In this document: one piece after another, positions 1 through 10,116 of the stretch
Numbering within the stretch: the stretch's first letter is position 1
Layout of the letters: each line of letters starts with the position of its first letter
Sequence record: NC_024794.1
Reading direction: 5' to 3' (one strand)
From: Escherichia phage vB_EcoM_PhAPEC2
DNA: 64,000 nucleotides
Position numbers and translations under genes: made by a program
The notes under the pieces: model-generated
What the model was told of the DNA's origin: nothing
What the model saw: the letters and a program-made list of their open reading frames with translations, nothing else
Databases searched by the model: none

Positions 1-1
1 G

Positions 2-1122
<1,121 letters not shown>

Positions 1123-1123
<1 letters not shown>

Positions 1124-1356
1124 TGGACGATTTAATTCAAGCTATTAAATCAAACGACCTCGTTGCTACTCGAAAGTTTTTTGAAAGTGCAATGGCAGAA
1201 AAAACGGTTCGTTTGATTGAAGCACGCAAAGCAGAAATCGCTTCTCAATTTTTGATTGAAGGCGAAGAACCTGAAGAAGAAGAAAAGAACGCTTCGGAAG
1301 ACGACGCTGATGAAGGCGATGACGACGAAGACGAAGATGATGAGGACGATGAATAA
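1123..1356 (+). CDS. 67: Prohead core protein gp67
   Basis: 77 aa with poly-acidic C-terminus ([19 protein letters not shown]); position between 20 and 68; start overlaps gp20 stop. Confidence 0.85.
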
Positions 1357-1781
1357 TGTATCTTATCCCTGAATCTTATGAATTGGTACTCGAAAATGTC
1401 GAAGCACTTATTCCTGAAGCACAGGGCCGAATCGATGCATTGTCTTCTGCTCTCGATATTGACGATATAAATACTATTATCGAGAACATGCTTGAAACTG
1501 AAACGGATTTAGCTGTTGCAATGGCTTCCATTATTAATGAAGAACAGTTAAATGAGTTTATCGTTAAACATGTTTCTTCTCGTGGTGAAGTCACTCGCAC
1601 TAAAGACCGTAAAACTCGTGAACGTAACGCGTTCCAAACAACTGGTCTTTCTAAAGCAAAACGTAGACAAATCGCTCGTAAGGTCGTTAAAGCTAAAAAA
1701 GCTAACCCTTCAGGCCAAGTTAAAGGCTTGCGTAAGCGTAAAAAAGCTCTTAAACGTCGTAAAGCATTAGGATTAAGCTAA
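1356..1781 (+). CDS. 68: Prohead core protein gp68
   Basis: 141 aa, same length as T4 gp68; basic C-terminus; synteny. Confidence 0.8.
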   Translation: MYLIPESYELVLENVEALIPEAQGRIDALSSALDIDDINTIIENMLETETDLAVAMASIINEEQLNEFIVKHVSSRGEVTRTKDRKTRERNAFQTTGLSKAKRRQIARKVVKAKKANPSGQVKGLRKRKKALKRRKALGLS

Positions 1782-2422
1782 TGAATAAACCCGAGTTACT
1801 TATTGAAACTTGGGGTCAACCCGGTGAGATTATTGATGGCGTTCCAATGTTGGAATCTCATGATGGAAAAGATTCTGGCTTAAAACCAGGGCTTTATATA
1901 GAAGGTATTTTTCTTCAGGCAGAGGTTGTTAACCGAAATAAACGTTTATATCCTAAACGCGTTTTAGAAAAAGCGGTAAGTGACTATATTAAAGAACAAG
2001 TCGCAACCAAACAAGCCCTTGGAGAATTAAACCATCCACCTCGTGCAAATGTTGACCCCATGCAAGCCGCTATCATTATTGAAGATATGTGGTGGAAAGG
2101 AAACGATGTATATGGACGTGCTAGAATTATTGAAGGCGACCATGGTCCCGGCGATAAATTAGCCGCTAATATACGAGCTGGTTGGATTCCAGGTGTTTCC
2201 TCTCGTGGTCTTGGTTCTTTAACCGACACCAATAAAGGGTACCGTATCGTGAACGAAGGATTTAAATTAACCGTCGGCGTAGATGCCGTATGGGGACCTT
2301 CTGCTCCAGATGCTTGGGTTACTCCTAAACAAATATCAGAATCAGAAAATTCGGTGGAAATCACCAAAAACAGTGCTGACGAAGCATTTAAAGCTCTCGC
2401 AGAGAGTTTAAAAGCATTATAA
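1781..2422 (+). CDS. 21: Prohead core scaffold protein and protease gp21
   Basis: 213 aa; N-terminus LLIETWG.PGEIIDGVPMLESHDGKD and remainder near-identical to T4 gp21 as recalled. Confidence 0.9.
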   Translation: MNKPELLIETWGQPGEIIDGVPMLESHDGKDSGLKPGLYIEGIFLQAEVVNRNKRLYPKRVLEKAVSDYIKEQVATKQALGELNHPPRANVDPMQAAIIIEDMWWKGNDVYGRARIIEGDHGPGDKLAANIRAGWIPGVSSRGLGSLTDTNKGYRIVNEGFKLTVGVDAVWGPSAPDAWVTPKQISESENSVEITKNSADEAFKALAESLKAL

Positions 2423-2425
2423 ATA
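2418..2425 (+). promoter_or_regulatory. Late promoter TATAAATA upstream of gene 22
   Basis: Exact TATAAATA about 32 nt upstream of gene 22 ATG. Confidence 0.7.
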
Positions 2426-2456
2426 ATAATGTAATCTTAAACCACAGGACACTAAA

Positions 2457-3269
2457 ATGATCAAAGAACAACTTTTGAAAGAAGCTCAGAACATCGAGAC
2501 TTCAGTTGCTCTTAATAGTGTTTTCGAATCAGTAGAACTGTCTCCGGACGTTAAAGCTAATTTCAGCACTGTATTCGAAGCCACCGTTAAGCAGGAAGCA
2601 GTCAAACTGGCTGAATCTCATATCAAAGCCATCGCCGAAAAGGCCGAAGAAGAAGTTGAAAAGGCTAAAGAAGATGCTGAAGAGAAAGCTGATAAAAAAT
2701 TGACTGAACAAGCTTCTAAATTCCTAGACCATCTTGCAAAAGAATGGCTCGCAGAAAACCAAATCGCAGTTGATAAAGGCATTAAAGCTGATTTGTTCGA
2801 ATCCATGCTTGGTGGTCTGAAAGAACTGTTTGTTGAACATAACGTTGTTGTTCCAGAAGAATCTGTAGATGTTGTAGCAGAAATGGAAGAAGAGCTGGCC
2901 GAACATAAAGAAGAAACCGCTCGTTTGTTCGAAGAAGTTACCAAACGTGATGCATATATCAATTACGTTCAGCGTGAAACCGCTATTAATGAAAGCGTAA
3001 AAGACCTGACTGAATCTCAGAAAGAAAAAGTTATTGGCCTGGTTGAAGGTATGGATTATTCTGACGCATTTGGTACTAAGTTAACTGCTATTGTAGAAAT
3101 GGTTAAAGGTTCTACTAAAGAAGAAGCCGCTATTACCGAAAATATAAATACAGTTGACAATGACGCTGCCGGTCTTAATTTTGTTGCCGAAGCAGTTGAC
3201 ACTACCACAACTCAGGTAGAACAGAATTCTAATGTAAGTTTATATGCGAAAGTCGCATCTCGTTTCTAA
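2457..3269 (+). CDS. 22: Prohead core scaffolding protein gp22
   Basis: 270 aa acidic, helical protein; T4 gp22 is 269 aa; TATAAATA late promoter upstream. Confidence 0.9.
   Translation: MIKEQLLKEAQNIETSVALNSVFESVELSPDVKANFSTVFEATVKQEAVKLAESHIKAIAEKAEEEVEKAKEDAEEKADKKLTEQASKFLDHLAKEWLAENQIAVDKGIKADLFESMLGGLKELFVEHNVVVPEESVDVVAEMEEELAEHKEETARLFEEVTKRDAYINYVQRETAINESVKDLTESQKEKVIGLVEGMDYSDAFGTKLTAIVEMVKGSTKEEAAITENINTVDNDAAGLNFVAEAVDTTTTQVEQNSNVSLYAKVASRF
3143..3150 (+). promoter_or_regulatory. Late promoter TATAAATA for gene 23, inside 3-prime end of gene 22
   Basis: Exact TATAAATA about 137 nt upstream of gene 23 start. Confidence 0.55.
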
Positions 3270-3286
3270 TTTAAAGGTTAACACAA

Positions 3287-4855
3287 ATGACTACTATCAA
3301 AACTAAAGCTCAGCTCGTAGACAAATGGAAAGAACTGCTGGAAGGTGAAGGCCTGCCGGAAATCGCTAATAGCAAGCAGGCTATTATCGCTAAAATCTTC
3401 GAAAACCAGGAAAAAGATTTCGAAGTATCCCCTGAATATAAAGACGAGAAAATCGCTCAGGCATTTGGTTCTTTCTTGACCGAAGCTGAAATTGGTGGTG
3501 ACCACGGTTATAACGCTCAGAACATCGCAGCAGGTCAAACCTCTGGTGCAGTAACCCAAATTGGGCCGGCAGTTATGGGTATGGTTCGTCGTGCTATTCC
3601 TAATCTGATCGCTTTTGATATTTGTGGTGTTCAGCCTATGAACAGCCCTACCGGTCAGGTATTTGCTCTCCGTGCAGTATATGGTAAAGACCCTATCGCT
3701 GCTGGCGCTAAAGAAGCTTTCCATCCGATGTATGCCCCAGACGCGATGTTCTCTGGACAGGGTGCTGCTAAGAAATTCCCAGCTCTGGCTGCCGACACTA
3801 CTACTGTTGTAGGTGATATCTATACTCACTTCTTCCAAGAAACTGGTACTGTATATCTGCAAGCTTCTGCTGTCGTAACACTTGATTCTAGTGCGACTGA
3901 TGCAGCTAAATTAGATGCCGAAGTTAAGAAACAAATGGAAGCTGGTGCACTGGTAGAAATCGCTGAAGGTATGGCTACTTCTATCGCTGAACTCCAGGAA
4001 GGTTTCAATGGTTCTACCGATAATCCATGGAATGAAATGGGCTTCCGTATCGATAAACAAGTTATCGAAGCTAAATCTCGCCAGCTGAAAGCTGCTTACT
4101 CTATCGAATTAGCACAAGACCTCCGTGCAGTACACGGTATGGATGCTGATGCTGAACTGAGCGGTATTCTGGCTACAGAAATTATGCTAGAAATCAACCG
4201 TGAAGTTGTTGATTGGATTAACTACTCGGCACAGGTTGGTAAATCTGGTATGACCCTGACTCCGGGTTCTAAAGCTGGCGTATTTGACTTCCAGGACCCG
4301 ATTGATATCCGTGGTGCTCGTTGGGCCGGTGAAAGCTTTAAATCTCTATTGTTCCAGATTGATAAAGAAGCAGTTGAAATTGCTCGTCAAACCGGTCGTG
4401 GTGAAGGTAACTTCATTATCGCTTCCCGTAACGTAGTTAACGTACTGGCTTCAGTTGATACTGGTATTTCTTACGCTGCACAGGGTCTGGCTTCTGGTTT
4501 TAATACCGACACTACTAAGTCTGTATTTGCAGGTGTACTTGGTGGTAAATACCGCGTATACATCGACCAGTATGCTAAACAGGATTACTTCACCGTTGGT
4601 TACAAAGGCGCTAACGAAATGGATGCAGGTATTTACTATGCTCCTTACGTTGCACTTACCCCACTGCGTGGTTCCGATCCTAAGAACTTCCAGCCGGTAA
4701 TGGGCTTTAAAACTCGTTACGGTATCGGTGTTAACCCGTTTGCTGAAAGTTCCCTGCAGGCTCCAGGTGCTCGCATCCAGTCCGGTATGCCGTCTATCCT
4801 GAACAGCCTTGGTAAGAACGCTTACTTCCGCCGTGTATATGTAAAAGGCATCTAA
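3287..4855 (+). CDS. 23: Major capsid protein gp23
   Basis: 522 aa; sequence matches T4 gp23 (521 aa) as recalled; strong codon bias; tetraloop terminator downstream. Confidence 0.95.
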   Translation: MTTIKTKAQLVDKWKELLEGEGLPEIANSKQAIIAKIFENQEKDFEVSPEYKDEKIAQAFGSFLTEAEIGGDHGYNAQNIAAGQTSGAVTQIGPAVMGMVRRAIPNLIAFDICGVQPMNSPTGQVFALRAVYGKDPIAAGAKEAFHPMYAPDAMFSGQGAAKKFPALAADTTTVVGDIYTHFFQETGTVYLQASAVVTLDSSATDAAKLDAEVKKQMEAGALVEIAEGMATSIAELQEGFNGSTDNPWNEMGFRIDKQVIEAKSRQLKAAYSIELAQDLRAVHGMDADAELSGILATEIMLEINREVVDWINYSAQVGKSGMTLTPGSKAGVFDFQDPIDIRGARWAGESFKSLLFQIDKEAVEIARQTGRGEGNFIIASRNVVNVLASVDTGISYAAQGLASGFNTDTTKSVFAGVLGGKYRVYIDQYAKQDYFTVGYKGANEMDAGIYYAPYVALTPLRGSDPKNFQPVMGFKTRYGIGVNPFAESSLQAPGARIQSGMPSILNSLGKNAYFRRVYVKGI

Positions 4856-4879
4856 TCTTAATTGATTAAATCTTATTTT

Positions 4880-4905
4880 GGGAGACTTCGGTCTCCCATT
4901 TTTGG
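4880..4905 (+). terminator. Intrinsic terminator after gene 23 (UUCG tetraloop hairpin plus U-tract)
   Basis: GGGAGAC-TTCG-GTCTCCC followed by ATTTTTGG. Confidence 0.7.
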
Positions 4906-4907
4906 TT

Positions 4908-5177
4908 TTATTTCTGTGCAATTTCGATGTAAGTTTTCAAAATATTTTGCCAATTAGGCATACCTTCTTGGACATATGCTGGAGAACCGTCTTTGTTTTT
5001 GAATGATGCAAGTTTATCAGTGGCCCAATAACCTTTAGCTCGAGCTTCAGAATCAACTTTCATCCATACTTTGTTGAAGGCATTACCATTAACTTTTGCA
5101 CCATATTTTTCTACTAACTTAACTGCTTCAGCTTCCAGAACTTTTAAAGTATCTCGTAAGAAACGTGCTTTAGTCAT
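4908..5177 (-). CDS. Hypothetical protein (89 aa), opposite-strand insertion between genes 23 and 24
   Basis: ORF with GGAG SD 8 nt upstream of ATG and its own early-type promoter; occupies the position of segD in T4 but is not endonuclease-like. Confidence 0.5.
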   Translation of the reverse strand: MTKARFLRDTLKVLEAEAVKLVEKYGAKVNGNAFNKVWMKVDSEARAKGYWATDKLASFKNKDGSPAYVQEGMPNWQNILKTYIEIAQK

Positions 5178-5207
5178 TTTGTTTACTCCTCTGTAGTTGA
5201 TAAGTCT

Positions 5208-5237
5208 ATAGTATCACATACCAAATACGTTGTAAAC
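5208..5237 (-). promoter_or_regulatory. Early sigma70-type promoter driving the 89-aa ORF between genes 23 and 24
   Basis: Minus strand GTTTAC / 17-18 nt / TGaTACTAT (extended -10-like). Confidence 0.5.
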
Positions 5238-5243
5238 AATCTT

Positions 5244-5251
5244 TATAAATA
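5244..5251 (+). promoter_or_regulatory. Late promoter TATAAATA upstream of gene 24
   Basis: Exact TATAAATA 28 nt upstream of gene 24 ATG. Confidence 0.7.
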
Positions 5252-5278
5252 ATCTATATCACATAAGGAAAAAATGCA

Positions 5279-6562
5279 ATGAGTAAAATCCAAAAATTAT
5301 TGCGTGAATCTACAACGTCTACTAGCAACTCAATTGGTCGCCCAAATCTCGTTGCTTTGACTCGCGCTACGACTAAATTAATATATTCTGACATTGTAGC
5401 AACACAAAGAACTAATCAACCTGTTGCTGCTTTTTATGGTATCAAATATCTTAACCCAGATAACGAATTCACATTTAAAACTGGTGCTACTTATGCGGGT
5501 GAAGTTGGATATGTAGACCGAGAAAAAATTACTGAGCTCACAGAAGAATCAAAAGTCACACTAAATAAAGGCGATTTTTTCAAATATAATAATATCGTCT
5601 ATAAAGTGTTAGAAGATACACCATTTGCAGATATTCAAGAAAGTGATCTAGAATTAGCTCTTCAGATTGCAGTCGTTCATTTAAAGGTACGGTTATTTTC
5701 AGATGCAGCGGTAACAAGCAAATTTGAAAGCTCTGGTAGCGAAATTTCTGATGCAAGATTCCAGATTAATAAATGGCAAACTTCAGTCAAATCTCGTAAA
5801 CTTAAAACCGGCCTCACGGTTGAATTAGCGCAAGATTTGGAAGCGAATGGATTTGATGCCCCTAACTTTTTAGAAGATTTGCTTGCTACTGAAATGGCTG
5901 ATGAAATTAATAAAGATATTCTTCAGTCTTTAATTACTGTATCGAAACGTTATAAAGTTACTGGAATTACTGACACTGGATTTATTGACTTGAGCTATGC
6001 ATCCGCTCCAGAAGCAGGTCGTTCATTATATCGAATGGTGTGTGAAATGGTATCACACATTCAAAAAGAGACAACTTATACTGCGACGTTTTGTGTAGCC
6101 TCAGCTCGTGCAGCTGCTATTCTTGCTGCTTCTGGTTGGTTAAAACATAAGCCAGAAGATGACAAGTATCTTTCACAAAATGCTTATGGATTCTTGGCAA
6201 ATGGATTACCTCTTTACTGCGATACTAACAGTCCGTTAGATTATGTTATTGTGGGTGTTGTAGAAAATATCGGCGAAAAAGAAATTGTAGGGTCCATCTT
6301 TTATGCTCCATACACTGAAGGAGTAGATTTAGATGACCCGGAACATGTTGGTGCTTTTAAAGTTGTAGTTGATCCAGAAAGCTTGCAACCGTCTATCGGA
6401 TTACTGGTTAGATATGCTTTATCAGCAAATCCTTACACAGTAGCAAAAGACGAAAAAGAAGCGAGAATAATTGATGGCGGGGACATGGATAAAATGGCAG
6501 GACGTTCAGACTTGTCTGTTTTACTCGGTGTTAAATTGCCTAAAATTATTATAGATGAATAA
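5279..6562 (+). CDS. 24: Capsid vertex protein gp24
   Basis: 427 aa, same length as T4 gp24; sequence matches as recalled; late promoter at 5244. Confidence 0.9.
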   Translation: MSKIQKLLRESTTSTSNSIGRPNLVALTRATTKLIYSDIVATQRTNQPVAAFYGIKYLNPDNEFTFKTGATYAGEVGYVDREKITELTEESKVTLNKGDFFKYNNIVYKVLEDTPFADIQESDLELALQIAVVHLKVRLFSDAAVTSKFESSGSEISDARFQINKWQTSVKSRKLKTGLTVELAQDLEANGFDAPNFLEDLLATEMADEINKDILQSLITVSKRYKVTGITDTGFIDLSYASAPEAGRSLYRMVCEMVSHIQKETTYTATFCVASARAAAILAASGWLKHKPEDDKYLSQNAYGFLANGLPLYCDTNSPLDYVIVGVVENIGEKEIVGSIFYAPYTEGVDLDDPEHVGAFKVVVDPESLQPSIGLLVRYALSANPYTVAKDEKEARIIDGGDMDKMAGRSDLSVLLGVKLPKIIIDE

Positions 6563-6595
6563 ACAAAAAAAAGGGACCGTAAGGTCCCTTTTTCG
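6563..6595. terminator. Bidirectional terminator between convergent genes 24 and rnlB
   Basis: A-run, GGGACC-GTAA-GGTCCC, T-run. Confidence 0.7.
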
Positions 6596-7594
6596 TTATG
6601 ATACTAATTCAATCCATGCAGGACGCAGAACATCTTGCACCATTCGGACTAATTCTTTCTTAACAAGATTCGGATTATCAGATGATGTTAATACAATACC
6701 TTCACGAGAAGTTTCTTCCAGAATATCTTGAACAGTTAATCCCATCACTTTGCCAAAATCTTTTGGCGTTACAGCCCCAATCTTAGAAATCACATTATTA
6801 ACACGATTTAATGTAACATAACAAGCTAGAACATCAAGCAGGTTTTTGTCAATTTCTGTTAATGGAACCTGAGTTTTAATAGGCTTATCAGACTTTTTCT
6901 TTTCACTGAATTTAGAGTTCTTGCACTTAATAGCTACACGAGTACCGTTTGGCAGCCATTTAGGGAAACAGGGCTTCAGAACATAACCTTCTGCCGTATT
7001 ATCGCCAATAACATTAGCATCAAATACACAATTATTTGCTTCTACAAGGTCTTCTGACGCAGTAGCATTATAAGCGGCTAAGACAGAATCAAGGTCGTTT
7101 GGAATCATGATAAGAGAATCAAATGTTCCACGTCCAAGCATTGGTGCCATTTTAAAACCGAATTCATTACAGAAATCTTGCATTTCGTAATCGGTCAAAT
7201 ACGTATTATCACCACTTTCTGTATTGATAAGGATATCGAACACATAAAAATCTTTTTCACCGTAGTCAACACCTTTCTGGATTCCACCACCAGCGAATTC
7301 ACCGAATACTTGATATGATACGGCTCGAGCTGTGTACATGAATTCCTGAACGGCTTTAATAGCTTTATCATACTTCTTGAGTACGATTTCATAACCATAA
7401 AAATCTTCTGCTGGAAGAATAGGGCCTGTGCGCTTGGCGCATGTGACGTTGTCACGTTCAATTATTAACGAGAAGTTAGTCCCATGGATTTTCTCACGTG
7501 CTACCCAAACACCAGTAGTCAAACCATTAGTGTAGAGTTTTTCAATAAACTTAGAGTTGTAGTGGTTTTCAAGACTGCTGTATTTCTTAAACAT
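6596..7594 (-). CDS. rnlB: RNA ligase 2
   Basis: 332 aa; nucleotidyltransferase motif I KIHGTN near N-terminus; matches T4 Rnl2 as recalled; MotA-box middle promoter upstream. Confidence 0.9.
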   Translation of the reverse strand: MFKKYSSLENHYNSKFIEKLYTNGLTTGVWVAREKIHGTNFSLIIERDNVTCAKRTGPILPAEDFYGYEIVLKKYDKAIKAVQEFMYTARAVSYQVFGEFAGGGIQKGVDYGEKDFYVFDILINTESGDNTYLTDYEMQDFCNEFGFKMAPMLGRGTFDSLIMIPNDLDSVLAAYNATASEDLVEANNCVFDANVIGDNTAEGYVLKPCFPKWLPNGTRVAIKCKNSKFSEKKKSDKPIKTQVPLTEIDKNLLDVLACYVTLNRVNNVISKIGAVTPKDFGKVMGLTVQDILEETSREGIVLTSSDNPNLVKKELVRMVQDVLRPAWIELVS

Positions 7595-7685
7595 AAATCA
7601 CCATTATAAATAATAATATCAAAATAATTAGCAGAGACTCTATCTCTGGCCCGATGTTTAATTTGAATGGATAGAACCTAGATTC

Positions 7686-7711
7686 ATTATACCATCAAAA
7701 AATGTAAAGCA
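7686..7711 (-). promoter_or_regulatory. Middle (MotA-dependent) promoter upstream of rnlB
   Basis: On the minus strand: MotA box TGCTTTA, 13-nt spacer, TATAAT. Confidence 0.6.
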
Positions 7712-7713
7712 TA

Positions 7714-7965
7714 TTAGAACTTGATTTCTATCCAATGACCATCGCGCTGGTCGTGATTAATTTTATACTGAAAGCCATTATCACGTAACCACTGCCCGAC
7801 TTGCTCGGTGATAGTTAAATCATTCTTTGACGGGTAGTACGTGAATTGTGTCTGACCTTTATCAGCGGCTTTCTCTGCCATCACAGAGAAGTTAGTAATA
7901 AAATCTTTCAACAAATTGGCTTTAGTGGCCAGGGCCCTTTCTCTTAATTCCTGTGCAAAACTCAT
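7714..7965 (-). CDS. Hypothetical protein (83 aa), 24.x-like
   Basis: ORF between rnlB and hoc; start overlaps upstream ORF stop (ATGA). Confidence 0.45.
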   Translation of the reverse strand: MSFAQELRERALATKANLLKDFITNFSVMAEKAADKGQTQFTYYPSKNDLTITEQVGQWLRDNGFQYKINHDQRDGHWIEIKF

Positions 7966-8162
7966 TTCTTCACCTTTTTGTTAATCAAACGTTTACGGTA
8001 TACAACTTTTTCTTTTGCTTTAAACTTTGACCGAGCTGTCTCGGCTTTAGTCCATAATAATCCAACTTCTTTAGGTTGTAAACCGATTTTTTGAGCAATT
8101 TCTACGAATGAAAATCCCGCCTCATGTAATGTATAAACTTCAACTTCAGCTCTCATAATCAA
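7962..8162 (-). CDS. Hypothetical small basic protein (66 aa), possible helix-turn-helix
   Basis: ORF; segment GFSFVEIAQKIGLQPKEV resembles an HTH; lysine-rich tail. Confidence 0.4.
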   Translation of the reverse strand: MIMRAEVEVYTLHEAGFSFVEIAQKIGLQPKEVGLLWTKAETARSKFKAKEKVVYRKRLINKKVKK

Positions 8163-8220
8163 TCCCGTATTATTTGGTTTGTGCCATTATATACATCAAT
8201 CTCAAGTTGTGTTTTGTATG

Positions 8221-8251
8221 CTTTAAAAACGAAGAAAGGGGCCGAAGCCCC
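8221..8251 (-). terminator. Terminator hairpin downstream of hoc
   Basis: GGGGC-CGAA-GCCCC (UUCG loop on minus strand) followed on minus by a U-rich tract. Confidence 0.6.
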
Positions 8252-8257
8252 TTACGT

Positions 8258-9388
8258 TTATGGATATGTATAGATGATACCAGTTTCCAAAGCAGTTTTA
8301 TGGATGATGTATCCATTACGTGATTCTTGAACATCAACTTCTGGATAGTCTTTCATCATCTTCTGAAGAGTGTAACGATGCAGGTAGTATTTACTATCTG
8401 GATCTTCAGTTTTCCAATCTTTACCTTCTTCAGTCATTTTTTGGATTTCATCCATAACCCACCAACCGCACCAGATGTAAGCTGAAGTACGATGTGGAAG
8501 AGGATGAACATAAGGTAGTTCACCTTCTGGTTCCGGCGCAACTTTATCAGTCACTTGAACTTGACCTTCTGCTGTGATAGTTTTGCTATCATAATCAGTG
8601 GCAGTAACAGTTGCAGTAACTTCAATAGTTTGACTTCCAATAGATGATGTATCAACGGTGTATACATTAGTTGACCCTTCTACAGGAGAAGAATCTTTCT
8701 TCCATGAATAAGTAATTTGTGCTTCTTCTGGTGCACCAGTAACATTGGCTGTAAATGTAGCCGAAGCATCTTGTTGAACGTTAATAGAAGGAGGAGTCAA
8801 TGTAACCTGTGGATTCATTGTCTTCTTATTAACTGTTAATGATACTTCATTAGAAGTAACTGTTTTTGCGTCATAATCCGTTGCTGTTACTTGGGCTACG
8901 CATTTAATTCTTTTTACTCCACTTGTAGTTGGAGTGTAATTGAACGTAGCATTAGTTTCTCCACCAACCTGTGAATCATCTACATACCATTGATAAGTAG
9001 CGTTTGCGCCTGATGGCTGCGAAGCTAAAGCGGCCGTAAATTGAACTGTGGTTCCAATTACTCCTGCTGGAGGACTATCAGGAGTTACTGCCAAAGTAGT
9101 CGTTTGTGTCTTGTTTTGAACTGTGATAGTCGTAGTAATTTCTGCTGTTTCAACGTCAGTATCAGGAATAGTATTTGTTGCAACAACTTTAATTGTTTTT
9201 GTTCCAGCAGGTCCTTTTAACACATAATCAAAAGTTTCTGCCGATCCTACTTGAGGAGCATCGTCTACACTCCATGCATAGGTAATAGTTCCACCTCCAG
9301 TTTCACCACTGGGAGTAGCAGTAAACTGCTTAGTCTCATCTATAACTCCAGTAGGTGTTTTAGGAGTTATATCAACTGTAAAAGCCAT
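8258..9388 (-). CDS. hoc: Highly immunogenic outer capsid protein Hoc (Ig-like repeats)
   Basis: 376 aa, same length as T4 Hoc; repeated T/V-rich Ig-like segments; C-terminal W-rich capsid-binding region. Confidence 0.9.
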   Translation of the reverse strand: MAFTVDITPKTPTGVIDETKQFTATPSGETGGGTITYAWSVDDAPQVGSAETFDYVLKGPAGTKTIKVVATNTIPDTDVETAEITTTITVQNKTQTTTLAVTPDSPPAGVIGTTVQFTAALASQPSGANATYQWYVDDSQVGGETNATFNYTPTTSGVKRIKCVAQVTATDYDAKTVTSNEVSLTVNKKTMNPQVTLTPPSINVQQDASATFTANVTGAPEEAQITYSWKKDSSPVEGSTNVYTVDTSSIGSQTIEVTATVTATDYDSKTITAEGQVQVTDKVAPEPEGELPYVHPLPHRTSAYIWCGWWVMDEIQKMTEEGKDWKTEDPDSKYYLHRYTLQKMMKDYPEVDVQESRNGYIIHKTALETGIIYTYP

Positions 9389-9397
9389 AAGTTATCC

Positions 9398-10066
9398 TTA
9401 TTTTAATGTTACGAAAGAAGAATTACGAGTTTCACGAATTAGAACTGATCCATCGCGATTAATATAATAAATTAAGCTAAATAATGTTTGGTGAGCAGAA
9501 GCATGCACAAAACTAGTTGGGCGAGATTTCCAATCTGGGGTTTCGGCTATCCATTGATAAATCCACCAAGGAACAGTAACATACCCTGGGCCTTTGCCTA
9601 ATTTAATGAGTGTAGGACTAAAATTTTCAGGCAGAACAAAATTTACTTCTTTATTTACCTCTGTCTCAGGCTCTTTTTCAGATTCAACAACCTGAGTAAT
9701 TGCTTCTTCAAATTTATCATGGTCGAATTCTTTTTCTTGTTCGACAACTTCTAATACTTCAACTTGTTCTGTTGGAGAATCAAACAACAGAATAGCTTCT
9801 TCTTTAACTTCTTCGTTGGTGAAATTAACACCGTCCACATCATCTGCGGCAGTAATTAAATCGGTGATAGATAATCCATCAGTTTCAGGTAATGGTTCAT
9901 CAGCCAGTGCGTTAAGAGCTTCTTCGATATCAATAACAATATTATCGAATGATTTTGTTTTCTTAACACTAATGCCAAATTGTTTCGCATATTCGAACAG
10001 TTTAGCTTTGGCTTCCTTTTTATCAGAAAGAGCACGTAACTCTTCAATATAGTCTTTATCGATCAT
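9398..10066 (-). CDS. inh: Inhibitor of prohead protease Inh
   Basis: 222 aa acidic protein directly upstream of hoc, as in T4. Confidence 0.7.
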   Translation of the reverse strand: MIDKDYIEELRALSDKKEAKAKLFEYAKQFGISVKKTKSFDNIVIDIEEALNALADEPLPETDGLSITDLITAADDVDGVNFTNEEVKEEAILLFDSPTEQVEVLEVVEQEKEFDHDKFEEAITQVVESEKEPETEVNKEVNFVLPENFSPTLIKLGKGPGYVTVPWWIYQWIAETPDWKSRPTSFVHASAHQTLFSLIYYINRDGSVLIRETRNSSFVTLK

Positions 10067-10079
10067 GGTATTTCCTCAT

Positions 10080-10087
10080 TATAAATA
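10080..10087 (+). promoter_or_regulatory. Late promoter TATAAATA upstream of uvsW
   Basis: Exact TATAAATA about 30 nt upstream of uvsW ATG. Confidence 0.7.
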
Positions 10088-10116
10088 TAACTATATTTAT
10101 TACATGGTAATTTGAC

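Noticed and set aside
7603-7613. Plus-strand TATAAATA immediately upstream of the rnlB start region
   Set aside because: It would direct transcription antisense to minus-strand genes with no plus-strand gene for 2.5 kb; more likely a chance match in the AT-rich rnlB leader.
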